A DNA stretch of 64,000 bases from Macrostomum lignano. Taxonomy: Eukaryota. Where the stretch lies: contig NIVC01001070.1 in the NCBI GenBank assembly GCA_002269645.1, positions 1 to 64,000 on the forward strand, given 5' to 3'. The notes under the pieces were generated by a model. That model was given only the letters and a program-made list of their open reading frames with translations. It did no database searches and had not been told where the DNA came from. Positions 48,649 through 61,961 of the stretch are shown piece by piece. Each line of letters opens with the position of its first letter. Within the stretch, counting starts at the first letter, position 1. The position numbers and the translations under genes are program-made.

Positions 48649-49260
48649 GTGTTGCGAGGATCTTGAATCAACTCCCATGGACTGAATGGCATGGCTGAAG
48701 TCGAGTGAGAACTGCTTCAGAGAGCCCGTGGCTCTGGCTTGCTGTCACAGCTATTAATCACATAATACCTGGCATAAAAAGCCACTCCAACTGCCTGGCT
48801 GTAGTTGACATTGTTTTCTACTGGTCTGGCCAAGGCAGAGTGAAAAGATTTTAATTGAATTTCAGTGATAATATTCTTAATTGAATCATTTGTTAAGTCG
48901 TATTTTTGATATAGCTTCAGAATTTTCGAAGTCGATTCTTCTAAGACAATTTAATACTGATAGTAGTACGCTCGTACTTGAGACGCATTGCATGCAGAGC
49001 TATATGCAGTCAGCAGATGCACAAATAAAATCAGTGGTAAATTTTCTTGTCCTCAATTTATTTCAAATTGTTTTATCTAACCATAAGTTGGAAAATATGG
49101 GAAGCTACTCAGACGAGCGTAAATAGAGAAATTAAAACGTAACGCTATAATGAGAAAATTCTGATTAACAGTAGGAATACCAAGCCATTTTCCCATCCGT
49201 CAAACTACCAAGAGGGGGGATTCCCTGACAATTTTTTTGCTGTGCAGCAACGGAGCAACG

Positions 49261-50675
49261 GGTCTATGAAATTTGCTAGCAGGAAATCTGCTAGCCGAAG
49301 TTTGCTAGCGAGAAATTTGCTTGCCGAAATCTGCTAGCCGAAGTTTGCTAGCCGAAATCTGCTAGCCGAAATTTGCTAGCCGAAGCTTGCTAGCGAGGAT
49401 TTTGCTAGCCGAGATTTGCTAGCGAGAAATTTGCTTGCCGAAATCTGCTAGCAGGAATTTTGCTGACCGAACTTTTTGCAACTGGCGTCAAAAGATTGCT
49501 TGTTTTCTGGCAATGGCAATGCATTGTTTTAGCTAAAAAAAATCCAGAGAAGTGGGTAAAAATCCCAAATATTTTATAACTAAAAGCATCAGCATCAGTT
49601 CAAGTGCTTGGAAAGTCAGTTTGTCATTGTGGGGGACAGAATACTCTCAAGTCGCAATCAGATAGCTCGTAGTTAGGACAGTATTTGAATTCCTTACTGA
49701 ACTGTCATGGCTAAACGTTAGCAGAGAAGGCTATAAAAAGTTATTCCAAAACACTGTACATTTGCTATGTACATTGAGCCCTATCACCTGATCCTTGGTC
49801 TGGGGGAATGAGTGAGTGAGTAGCACAAACAACAGAAAAAGCAGACAAACTTCACATGCCTATAGTTTCTGTTCTAACTGAGGTACAAAGTTGAGACTAT
49901 ATTTAGACAGAGAATGAGTCAATGAAGAATTGTATCAAGTTTGAAGTCAATCGCTGTACGTGGAGCAAACTTATGGCAGCTGAAAGTTAGTTAATTTTAA
50001 ACCCCCTTCACAAATCTGTCCATTGGTCAGGAAGGAGAGAGGCGGAGGTTGGGATGGCTGTCTCGCTGACGAAAAGCAGACTAACTTTAAAAGTACACAG
50101 ACCATTTTCCAGCGGGAGTGCCGTTAGGAATTAACTTCGAGACTCGAAACTTTATACACGCGGATTATCAAAATGGTTGAAAATTGGATTGTGTCCAATT
50201 TGAAGAGGATTGGTAAAGGTAAAAATGGAGCGACGCTATGGAGGATTTAGTGAAATTCTTGCGAAACTGGACAAGCAAATTGTCTCTAAGCTAATTACTA
50301 CTTCCTGAGTTCGGCTAGCCAAATTGCTGCTTGCCGGTTTTGGTTGGATTCCTGCTAGCAGATTTCGGCTAGCTAAATCCTCGCTAGCAAAATTCCTGCT
50401 AGCAGATTTCGGCTAGCTAAATCCTCGCTAGCAAAATTCCTGCTAGCAAGCTTCGGCTAGCAAATTTCGGCTGGCAGATTTCGGCTAGAAGATTTCGGCT
50501 AGCAAACTTCGGCTAGCAGATTTCGGCAAGCAAATTTCTCGCTAGCAAACTTCGGCTAGCAGATTTCGGCAAGCAAATTTCTCGCTAGCAAACTTCGGCT
50601 AGCAGATTTCGGCAAGCAAATTTCTCGCTAGCAAACTTCGGCTAGCAGATTTCCTGCTAGCAAATCTCGTACTCC
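49261..50675. mobile_element. Non-autonomous Mutator/foldback-type element with repeat-built TIRs
   Basis: GG...CC ends; inverted arrays of (AAATTTGCTAGCCG)-like units at 49268-49470 and ~50320-50666; flanking direct repeat CGGAGCAACG / TGGAGCAACG (9 of 10 identical). Confidence 0.75.
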
Positions 50676-51226
50676 TGGAGCAACGTAAGGACAGAAAGTC
50701 CTGCCTCAGCATATGTGGTGCGACTGCATGCCTTGGGGGACCGCAGAAAAGAGGGGCATGGGTTGCAAAAACGAAGAACGGTACCACCTGATTATGTTCG
50801 GTTAAACGTCCATACAGTATATATCAACGGTGGATATTTTGTTTCGAGGCATGCAAACTCAGAAAAGGATAAACCTGGCACAATTACTAAAAATAAAAAT
50901 GCATCCATGCAACTGCAAATAATAAAGATCAATCGGTCTGCTTAATTATAGGCAATAAATACATTTGGGTTTAATTCTAAATATAATAATCCTTGATATA
51001 ATATAGTCTTTGGATTGGATTCATGATCGATCGAATTTGCAGGGCATCCATGCACGATCGGAGCTAGAGAATGGCATTGCAATGTGTCATAAGATCTAGA
51101 GATGGGCCTTAACTGGGTTACGAAAGCATTACATAGAAAAAAGAGTGTTGCCTTAATTACAATGTAATGTTGGCCTCATCCAGTTCCCAGAAATGTAAGG
51201 AGTAACAGTCACTATACAGACCCAAT

Positions 51227-51398
51227 CATACATGCGCAACCTTGGGAATCACCCGGCCGTTTCTATTGGCAACACACACATGTAAGTCGCCATTGGCTGA
51301 GAGCAGTCACGTGACCACTATTCCGTCCAATAGCGACTTACATGTGTGTGTTGCCAATAGAAACGGCCGGGTGAATCCCTAGGTTGCGCCCAAGCATG
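51227..51398. mobile_element. 172-bp palindromic MITE, hAT-like
   Basis: 63-bp inverted arms (51234-51296 and 51327-51389, 3 mismatches) around a 30-bp spacer; CAT...ATG ends; 8-bp direct repeat GACCCAAT at 51219-51226 and 51399-51406. Confidence 0.75.
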
Positions 51399-54300
51399 GA
51401 CCCAATTACTGCATTGTACCTCTAGACCAATCAGTTATCGTTAAAAATACAAAACTAAAGTATATTTTATTGCATAGGTTGGCAATATAAGCTAAAAACT
51501 ACCATGATCTGATCAAAACTATTTTTGTTTAGAGTAAAGACTTCGGGTAAAAGTTAATGTTACGGTTGTTATAAATGACGTTTGATGTACGAAATCAATT
51601 CTTGAAAAAATCTCTTTTTTATTTGACTATTTATTTAATTTTTTACTATTTATCCAAAGTCCCAGACAGAGTTCTCCGACTCCGCAAGTACAAGTGTACA
51701 ACACACATGAATGATCGGTCGAAATTATCAATGTCTTTCAGAAGCTCTACAAATTACAGGGGTTGAGCGTTGCACAATGCACATGGCTACCCACGTTATA
51801 AAATGTTTTGAATATAAATGTGCCATTGTGCCTAACTGGGTCGGGTCGCTGGCCCTAGTCTAGGATCTAGATCTAGGATGCAAAGTCGCATCCTGGTATA
51901 ATTTTAGTAAGCGATTTTAGTATATTTAGATAGGATTTGATATGTCAGAATGCTAGCCTATCTATAGCACTACCATTCCACAAAAACTTAGGCCTAGCCA
52001 TTTAGACTTTAAGTTAGTATTATTCATTTCATATTAAGTATTATTACTATTGACATTGTATTATATTAGGTTTAAGGAAATTAGAGGCCTACCTAGTAAT
52101 GTAGTGACTGCAATGACAATGATCTATTTTTAATGATTAGGCCCTAAATTCAAATTGTATCTTTGCCTTTTGGCAAACTAGTATAACCTAGTAGTTAGGC
52201 CCTAGTGTTCTATATTACTGCCATACCTTTGTACTTCTATAGCCATAGCTGTACTAAATTTTATTATGCCATATCCATAGCTGCAATTTGTTATGATTTA
52301 GATTGTCAAATCTCTATATTCTATTTTTTGTAGCAATATTATAATTTAATGTTTTGCCATAAGGAGGGTCTATGTACTGAAGCCATAGCCATAAGCAAAA
52401 CTATGCCTATGGCTTATTCCAATTTTCCGTATTCCATAGCCATAGAAACCCCAAAATTACCATATTCCTATAGTTCCCATAGCTGTAGCCATAGTTTTAA
52501 CAAAAAGTCTAAAAACTAAAATATTTTGAATCAAGATGATAAGCTAGAGCTTAAATAACTGCAAATTAAATAAAATTAGAAAATAAAAGAAACACTCAAT
52601 TGCCTTTATAAGACTATATTTTGTTTTTTTCAGAGCAATAATACTTAATTGTTACTAAAAGTACTAATACTAAACTTTTTCACATTAATAAAAATTTGAG
52701 TTTGTTAGTATTTTATTGTACTTTTTTAGGTATATTTTCTAAGTTTCTAGGTTGATAATACAGTTTATTAAAAGTAAAGTGGGGGTAGAGAAAGTTTTTC
52801 TTAGAAGTGGGTCAGTTTGAATTAGTTGAAGACACCAGTGAGGTAGCGTGGATTCCACGTTTAAATTGCCGCCAGCATTGTGTTTGCACAAATAAAACCG
52901 TAAAATTGTGCAAACGAATCACATTGAAATCTTTCTCCTGTTTTACTCCGACTGCCAGGTTCTCAAGTCCGGGGAAGGGTAGTCATAGTTGTAGCAGAGT
53001 GATCATTAGTGGCACAGTCATTCAAAGCAATGAAACACCAGAGGTCTCTAACTCTGTAAATAGCACCTTGATTTACTGAGCTTGTTACTTTCAGTAGGGT
53101 AGTTGCTGCCACCATCGTAATTTATGTATTATGGAACAAATAAGTCTCAGAGCTTTCTTTGATATTTGAACTTGGTTATTTTATGCCCCATGGGCAATGA
53201 CTTAAGAGAGACTATGGCTTAATGTCAGCAGAGATATTAATTAATAATTCTTAAGTTATGGTTTACTTCAGTTTATTATTTATTGATAGTTTGCAGGCTG
53301 AATATTACTTGACAAGATTTCCTCCACAGGTGCTGGAAGCACAAGCTATTAAAAGAAAACAGCTAACTTAGCAACTAAGCTACTCAAGAACTGAATGAAT
53401 TATAACTAATCACGCAAGTAAATAATTAATAGTAAGATTGCTAAAACAGAGAATAAGTATGACAGGACAGGACAAGTCAAGACAAGTAAAGCAAAAATGT
53501 GCTAAGTGCAATATTTAAATATTACATTGAGAGGGGCAGTGAAAGGAGAAAAGGTGACAAGGGTAGGACACCAGGGATGGACCAGATAGAAAGCATAGGG
53601 ACAAATGGGGAGAAAATGCAAAACAGCAACAAGACAAACAGGGCCAGGGACAGGAGAAGGAAAACTCGCACCTGAGGCTGGAAAATGACAACAAAAATCC
53701 TGGGTTTAGAGGGGTAAAATCCTGGGGATGTTACATAAAATTCCAATCAATGTTTTTACCAATCAGTGGTATCCCCCTGCCACAAAAGTATCTTTGTTTT
53801 ACTTTACCTGTTTCTAATATTTTTTTCAATTTTTAACAATAATAACTACAGCTATGGGAATCTACGGAATGTGACAGCAATTACCATATTTCCGTAGTTG
53901 TAGCCATAAGAGCAGCTAGCTACTGTAGGCGTATCTGTAGCTGTCATAGGCACTTATTTTACTGTTTTGCTGTAGGATCCCATAGCCATAGCTACGGCTA
54001 TGGCAGAACACTATTATAATTTATCAAAATTAACAAAATCCCTTGGCTTGGTTTCCAAAACTTCGAAAGTAAAAAACAAAAATAGGCCTAATCAAATGAA
54101 AAACCATAAAATCTTTCAAATTTAGTGATTTGTTTAGTTTTGTTTAACAAATCTGAATGCATTTTATACAAAATAGCTAATAGCATAATATTTATTTTTA
54201 TTTTGCCAAGAATATAAAAATTTAAATGTAATTTGTAAATATATAAAAATAACTTTTCCTTATAAAAACATTTTATTTAGTTTAAATTTTTATGGCAAAT

Positions 54301-54959
54301 TTGGCTTATATATAGTGCTCCAAATCTCTGTAATCTATAGTGGCCAATAGTGCATATTAGCAAGATCTCTATATCTATAATATGTAACCAAATTGTGTTA
54401 ACAAATGATAACTTTTAGTTTTATAAAGAGCTTGCATACATGGCAGCTATCTATCTAGTGTTTTAATTGCATGCATAGCAGCTGGCAGTTGGCTACAATA
54501 TAGGCCTAGTACATTGGACCCTTTCCTTCAAATCTGTGCATTGCTACTAACTAAACCTAGTTAAAAGTTACTATTACTATATTAATATTGGATGTTATTT
54601 TTTGTGTTATTGTTATTGTTATTACTGGATGTTAATACAAAATATTGTTTTATAATGTTTTATCCTATGTATAGTAGGCTTATATACCTAATATATATAT
54701 AATCTCAATTCATTACTATTTTTTGTTAATTTGAATATTAACTTAAACAGTATACAACTTATTATCAATAAGATATGGTTGCCATTCATGCAAGTGGAGC
54801 TGCAGCTATAGCCACCCAGCAGTGCAGCTTTTTATGCCAGGACCAGGAATCTGCCAGAAGAATTGAGGATGGACTTTTAGTAAATTTAATTGTATAACAC
54901 TTAATTTATATTCTGCAACCAAATTCCAATATTATTGATTTTAATTTTATCTCAGGAGT

Positions 54960-56400
54960 GCCTAGAAGAGCTGGTTGAAATTAATCAGCATACTCTTGTT
55001 CAATGTCACACCTTTTAATCAGGTGACAGTCAATCTCACACTTCTCAACAACCTTAACAAAGTTGTCAGCATTCTGGACAATAGCGTTGTGAGTTTTGAC
55101 CTCGCATTAGGCAAAGCACTTCAGTGTCCTACTAAGGCCATTGATAGCCCTCCTTGCCATGGGATGTGGCAAAGAATTCCAACAACAGCTCAGCCAGCTT
55201 GAACTTGCGGCATGCCAATTCAGTGAAGTGGAACATGAACTTGTTCTTACATTGGCTCATAGGGCCATTACTCTAGAACTGGACCTGCTGGCCTGGTGTA
55301 GGGAACCTCTGGATAAGGGGAGAAATTTGTGTTTTTGAATGGTTTTGTGTAGCACAAAAAGGGTTTTAAAAGGTTTTGAAATGAGTTTCTAAGTTATCAT
55401 ATTACCCAAAGTAGGTAGGACAAAAACACCAAAACTGTGCTTGGTTGAGTTGCTTGCCAAGGCCAACATAATTGAGCAGGACTTGCAATAGATAGAAACA
55501 GTGAATATCATAACCTGGCTTAGGAACCAGTATGCTTGCTGTATTGCATCCTATGTGCGCATGTATAGTTTTCACTGAAATCAAAATAGAAAATTTGCTT
55601 GTCTTCAGTGAGAACAGCCTTCCTATTGCAAAAAGTAGCCGACTGGTATACTCTGGTCCTCTTGTAGACAATAAATTTGGGCAGTAATGCCAGCTAGAGC
55701 TTGTGAGCTATGTCTACTGTGATGGCTTGGGCATCTTGCTCCATTTGCTGCAACTGCTCATTGCACTGCCAAAAGCAGAAGGTGACCCCATCCTCTAGAA
55801 CCTCGGGGGTTAGGATTAGGGATGCAATGATTATCCAAGCTGCTGCATGCATCACACAAGCAAATGGCACACTATGGGGTGGCAGGAGTACAGTAGATAA
55901 CTCTGGCTAGCCAATCTGTTGAATAGGCTAGAAGTCTGGTGACCTGCGACAATGTATTTCAGATACTAGAAAAATACAGGGGTTACAAGAAACATTAAAT
56001 TTTTGTTTCATAGTTTTCTTTTACTGATTGATTAGCAATGCAAGCTGTGAAGTAACTTTTAAAATTCTTGTGTTCAAGGCAATAGCACAAATAGACTGGT
56101 ATGTTGCCTAAAGGCACAATGTGCTTTGAGTGCAGCTCACAAAGCTTTGACAGCAATAAGCTATGTCCTGATTTGTGAACAACCAAGTTATGCACTTCCT
56201 TAAGGCTCATTAAGAGGTAATTATTCTAGATAGATTCATTATAGACATGCATATAGTCCTTCTGACCAGGAGAACACTATGAAATGTCATCCTTCATGAA
56301 GAAATTTGTGACATCCATGATGACCTCATTGGGTAGATGGCACTTCACAATGGCCTTTGGGAGTGGCAAACTGTTCTCTTGAACGAGGCACATCAGAATT
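54960..56400 (-). pseudogene. Decayed DDE DNA-transposase gene (CMC/EnSpm-like animal family; superfamily uncertain)
   Basis: Minus-strand fragments in order: FFMKDDIS*CSPGQKDY...SLKEVH...SKLCELHSK...CYCLEHKN; FDFSENYTC...AIQQAYW..QV.IFTV; VQF*SNGPMSQCKNKF...FFATSHGK..AINGLSRTLK. Many stops and frameshifts. Confidence 0.8.
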
Positions 56401-58460
56401 ATCTGTCACCTTACTGGGGTCTTTGGGAGTGCATGGCGAGCCCTGTGATTAAGAAATGTAGGTAAACAAAAATGACATGACAGACATGACATGGCTTGGT
56501 TAAAGACTTAAAGTCTAGTTTAGACTAATGAGACTAATGCTGAAGATTGGGGCATGTGTTAAGGTAGAGTGCAAGATTCATGGTTAGTAATTTGAACATT
56601 TTAAATAGTGCAGGTTGAAAATTATTTTAAGGTATAAAACAAGTCAACAGTATCTATAAAAGACTTGAATTCCAACCACATGTTTGTCTTTATATAATTG
56701 AAACTTTACAAACTTTTATAAGAGAAATTTAATTAAAAGGCATGATTTTAAAATAGTACAATTCATTTTTTGTATGAATTTTTAGGAATTTTGGGAATAC
56801 ATGATAATAATCAAGTTTTATGAAGATCTACAGATTTTAGGAATACCAGAAAATGATGTTAATTAGGTAACTTTGCAAGGTTTTGTAGCTTGTTACACTT
56901 ATCATACACTAACAAAAATGACTATAACTTAAATCAAGGCTAAAATTTTTTTTTACCAAAAATATCACTTTACAAGCATCTTGAAAATTGATACAACAAC
57001 TTTTTGTAAAAAATGATGGTTGTTTTTAACACTAAAAAGGGGAAGTCCAACTTTTTCAATTTGAAAATTATGATAAATAGAAATATATATTAGATCATAA
57101 AAAAATTATAATTCCAGTCTTTAGATATAATAAAGAAATATTATTATTATATTTATGTACTAGATGAATTACATTTATGACTTAATTTTCCTAATGAAAA
57201 CCAGATTAACTTTTTATAATGTCCCACAGAACATAAAAATCATGCAGGGGTACTATGATCAAAACAATAATATAAACCTAGAAATAGATAAATATGTATA
57301 AAACTACATAAACATGAAACTATATATAATTATATGCAAATAAAAATATTCACATATGCAAAAAATGAAAAAAAATTCTATCCCTTTGATAACCCTATCA
57401 TGGAATTACCCAGATAGTCTACTAGAGCCATCTTAATAGTTATATCTATTATTTTGCTCTAATTAGGCCAAGGAAAGAAAATGCAACCCATTTTAACAAA
57501 GGAATTTTTGGCAAAAAGCTTGATCACATCAGTTTGGTAAAAAGATAGTTATAATTGCAAATTTGCAAATAGTAGGCTTATTTATTTCTAAATACTACTT
57601 TAATAATTGTAGTTATAATTTTTTATGATTTTATTCTTTTATTAACACCTATTCTTAAAACTATGCTGGTGTTGCATCATTAATAAAATATCTATATTAA
57701 AATTGCTCTATTCAAACCAACAAGGATGTAGAATAGTGGTTCTTAACCCTTTTCCAGATGACCCTAATTTATTCACTTGCATCATTTTTTAATGTTTGAA
57801 ACCTTTTTTCAAATTCAATATAATGTATCATCTCATCAAGTTTTTGATTATTATTTCTTAGTGCTTCAACCCCCAGAAAATCATCATGCAACCCCACTGG
57901 GGGTTGGTCTCAAATCAGCAATCAATATTTTAATAGTATAGAATAGAATCAGCAATCAGACAGTCACTCAAATATGCTATATCACTATAGCTCAAAATTT
58001 ACAGTTAAATACTTGAAACTCAGTCTGAGTCTATTAAAAATGTGCTGGACTGCACTCATGACAAACTATTGATGAGAAAATTTATTTAATAAAGTCTAAA
58101 TATTTACTAAATTATTAGCTATTGACAATAAGTCATTCTCTAACTTTTATTAAATAGAAAAAACTCATTCATAAAAGTTCTTATGAAAAATTACATTAAA
58201 ACTGAAAAATAGCTGGTCATTAATTTGTCTTATTTTTGCTTTCTTCAATGTATCAAAACATTAAACGTCATTATAGACTAAGTAGTCATACATGCATGTT
58301 TCAATTAAAATTTTATCCCGGTAAATCATTGTAAATCTGAGTTTAATTTTATTATAGATACCAATAATAATGCATACTCATTCCATGGCTTGATAAGGAA
58401 TTATATTAAATTATATTAATAACATTCACATTATCTGTGTTGCTGCAGCAAAGCACTGCC

Positions 58461-60739
58461 ATGGCCGACCCAGAGCTGCTGGACTATGATGATGAGGAGC
58501 AGGAGGCTGAGGCCGGAACCAACGTTGCCAAGGTATCGGAAGGCAAGAAGGCAGGTCACAAGGGCTCCTACGTGACAATCCACAGCTCAGGATTCAGGGA
58601 CTTCCTGCTGAAGCCGGAGCTGCTGCGGGCCATCGTGGACTGCGGCTTTGAGCACCCCAGCGAGGTGCAGCACGAGTGCATTCCGCAGGCCATCCTGAGC
58701 ATGGATGTGCTCTGCCAGGCCAAGTCAGGCATGGGCAAAACTGCCGTGTTTGTGCTGGCCACTCTGCAGCAGCTGGAGAGCGTTGATGAGGCCGAGCCGA
58801 GGGTTCTTGTGCTGTGCCACACCAGAGAGCTGGCCTTCCAGATCTCCAAGGAGTACGAGAGGTTCTCCAAGTACATGCCGGGGGTGAACATTAGCGTGTA
58901 CTTTGGCGGAGTGCCGGTCAAGAAGGACATCGAAGCGCTGAAGAAGTCGATGCCCCACATCGTTGTTGGCACACCTGGCAGGGTGCTCGACCTCGTGCGC
59001 AACAAAGCGCTGAGCCTGAAGTCCGTGAAGCACTTTGTGCTGGACGAGTGCGACAAGATGCTGGACCAGCTGGACATGCGCAGGGATGTGCAGGAGATCT
59101 TCAAGATGACGCCTCATCAGAAACAGGTGATGATGTTCAGCGCCACGCTGAGCAAGGAGATCCGGCCAATCTGCAAGAAGTTCATGCAGGACCCGCTGGA
59201 GATTTACATTGATGACGAGAGCAAGCTGACCCTTCACGGTCTCAAGCAGCACTACCTGAAGGTGAAGGAGAATGAGAAGAACCGCAAACTGTTTGAGCTG
59301 ATCGACGTTCTGGAGTTTAACCAGGTGAGAACAAAGCGGACTGGCAGCTGGGGTCTGCACAGATGAGGCTTGCTCAGCAATGCAGACAGCTGCTGACTCA
59401 GTGAGCACAGATGAGGCCTGCTCAGCAATGCAGACAGCTGACTCAGTGAGCACAGATGAGGCCTGCTCAGCAATGCAGACAGCTGACTCAGTGAGCACAG
59501 ATGAGGCCTGCTCAGCAATGCAGACAGCTGACTCAGTGAGCACAGATGAGGCCTGCTCAGCAATGCAGACAGCTGCTGACTCAGTGAGCACAGATGAGGC
59601 CTGCTCAGCAATGCAGACAGACAGCTGACTCAGTGAGCACAGATGAGGACTGCTCAGCAATGCAGAGAGCTGACTCAGTGAGCACAGATGAGGCCTGCTC
59701 AGCAATGCAGACAGCTGGTGACTCAGTGAGCACAGATGAGGCCTGCTCAGCAATGCAGAGAGCTGACTCAGTGAGCACAGATGAGGCCTGCTCAGCAATG
59801 CAGACAGCTGGTGACTCAGTGAGCACAGATGAGGCCTGCTCAGCAATGCAGACAGCTGGTGACTCAGTGAGCACAGATGAGGCCTGCTCAGCAATGCAGA
59901 CAGCTGGTGACTCAGTGAGCACAGATGAGGCCTGCTCAGCAATGCAGACAGCTGGTGACTCAGTGAGCACAGATGAGGCCTGCTCAGCAATGCAGACAGC
60001 TGCTGACTCAGTGAGCACAGATGAGGCCTGCTCAGCAATGCAGACAGCTGGTGACTCAGTGAGCACAGATGAGGCTCAGCAATGCAGACAGCTGACCTGC
60101 CGGCCCCAATTCCCGCAGGTGATCATCTTCGTCAAGTCCGTGCAGCGCTGCATGGCTCTGTCGCAGCTGCTTGTTGAGCAGAACTTCCCCGCCATCGCCA
60201 TCCACCGCGGCATGACTCAGGAGGAGCGGCTGGAGAAGTACCAGAGCTTCAAGAACTTCGAGAAGAGGATCATGGTGGCCACGAACTTGTTCGGCAGAGG
60301 CATGGACATCGAGCGGGTGAACATCGTCTTCAACTACGACATGCCCGAGAACTCGGACACCTACCTGCACAGGGTGAGCAGCTGGGATGATGGGGAATCT
60401 CGGACACCTACCTGCACAGGGTGAGCAGCAGGGATTATGGCATCTCGGACACTTCATAAACCTAAATTTTTGGTTTTAAGCACAAAAATGCACAGAAATG
60501 TATTACTGGCTACTTTCCAATTCTCTCAGTAGTGCAGTTCGGACACGCAATCTAAATTATTTCCAATCTCTTCCCAGGTGGCCCGCGCAGGCCGTTTCGG
60601 CACGAAGGGCCTGGCCATCACCTTCGTGTCTGACGAGGCCGACGTGAAAATCCTCAACGATGTGCAGAACCGCTTCGAAGTGAACATCACTGAGCTGCCC
60701 GAGGAGATTGAGATCTCGTCCTACATCGAGGGCCGCTAG
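58461..60739 (+). CDS. DDX39B: DECD-box RNA helicase UAP56/DDX39B, 426 aa; join(58461..59324,60119..60373,60578..60739)
   Basis: [49 protein letters not shown] and [10 protein letters not shown] motifs; both introns are GT-AG and phase 0, giving a continuous frame. Confidence 0.97.
59357..60096 (+). repeat. 45/48-bp minisatellite (about 16 units) filling UAP56 intron 1
   Basis: Unit TGACTCAGTGAGCACAGATGAGGCCTGCTCAGCAATGCAGACAGC, with optional CTG/GTG; occupies ~740 of 794 intron bases. Confidence 0.97.
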
Positions 60740-61961
60740 GCCGCCGACTGGGTGTGTTGCAAGTCAGTCGCTTGCCTAATAATAACAAAACTACTTTCTA
60801 GTTCCATTTTTTCCGGTGGGTTCGCCAGAGCTGCCTGCTTTAATAAATAGGATGTGTTTGTTATGGGGGTGAACTTAATATAAATTAATTAGCTTTACAT
60901 AGCAGTACTTATAATGCAATTGTATCTTGTTTGGCCTGTGCGTTTGTTTTTACTGTCTAATCTGTGTTGGCTTTTTTTACTAAACATTATCTCTCATAAA
61001 CTGAAAGTTCTTGTTGTACTTTTAATCTTGTTTTCGTTTTAGTGGCGGCTGCTGTGTAGGCAAAGCCGATGCCCAATTCTAAAATAAAATAATTTCAAAT
61101 CGCTCGAGCCCAGCTGGCAGTTTGGCAACTCTAATTGAGTATGAAATTGACAAAAAACTGTAAAGCTTATATATTTATTTTATTTACTATATATCTGGTG
61201 CAAGCTGTTAAACTGCCAGTCTACAGGATAAAACTTTAAAATAGCAGAGCTTTGGAATGGTTGATTAATTTAAGCAGATATCAGTTTAGGCTTTAAATTA
61301 AACGACTTCGATCATTATGTTTGGTTAGGGGTGTTCAAAAAACAGTGATACTTTTGTTGGTATAGCTTGAATGCAGGGCTCGGCAAACTTAAAAATAAAA
61401 ATGTTTGGTCTTTAAAAAGCGGAAAATACGCTCGTAGCAGCTTTAATGTGTCAAAACATCCATTCTGATACGTTGGTTTAAACGTTTAAAAAACCCTCGT
61501 AAATCAGAATTTTTACTATCGATTTTTATGCGCTAGTTGAGACAACTTGCCATCAATTGAAGACAATTGGCAGACAGAGCCTGATGTCTATGGCCAAAAC
61601 TTGTGTTTAGTGGACCCATAGACATGACAACTTAAACGTTCCATAGACAATATGCGCTTACTGATAGAAAATGGGCTCATTATTGCCATAGACAATTGAG
61701 AAATCAAAGCAGCACACAACTGTTGTTAAAAAAGCTCTCCATTGTTTCATTCATAATGATCTAACGCCCGAAGTTTCATCTCAACTCGTCGGAAATTTTC
61801 CTCATCCTGTGTCTCCATGGCAACGCAACCCTGGTCCTTGACAATTTGAAATTGATTCATGCAGAACTGCAAATCGCTTGACCTGTCGCTGTAGTGAGCC
61901 AGAGTGAGCAGCTCCTCCAAGTCGGGGTCCTCTATCAGGTCTGGCAGCCAAGTTTCGAACT

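Noticed and set aside
52820-53070. Further exon of the transposase pseudogene
   Set aside because: It has an acceptor-like site and coding-like composition, but I could not recognise any family motif.
57730-57910. hAT/Charlie-like MITE starting TAGTGGTTCTTAACC
   Set aside because: Only one plausible terminus; no matching inverted end or TSD found.
59357-60096. Hammerhead ribozyme in the intronic repeat (CAGATGAG)
   Set aside because: The core needs CUGAUGA and GAAA; the unit has CAGAUGA and no GAAA.
59380-60424. Repetitive ORFs ([15 protein letters not shown])n, including one running into UAP56 exon 2
   Set aside because: They arise because the unit length is a multiple of 3 inside a canonical GT-AG intron; the exon 1 frame hits a stop at 59364-59366.
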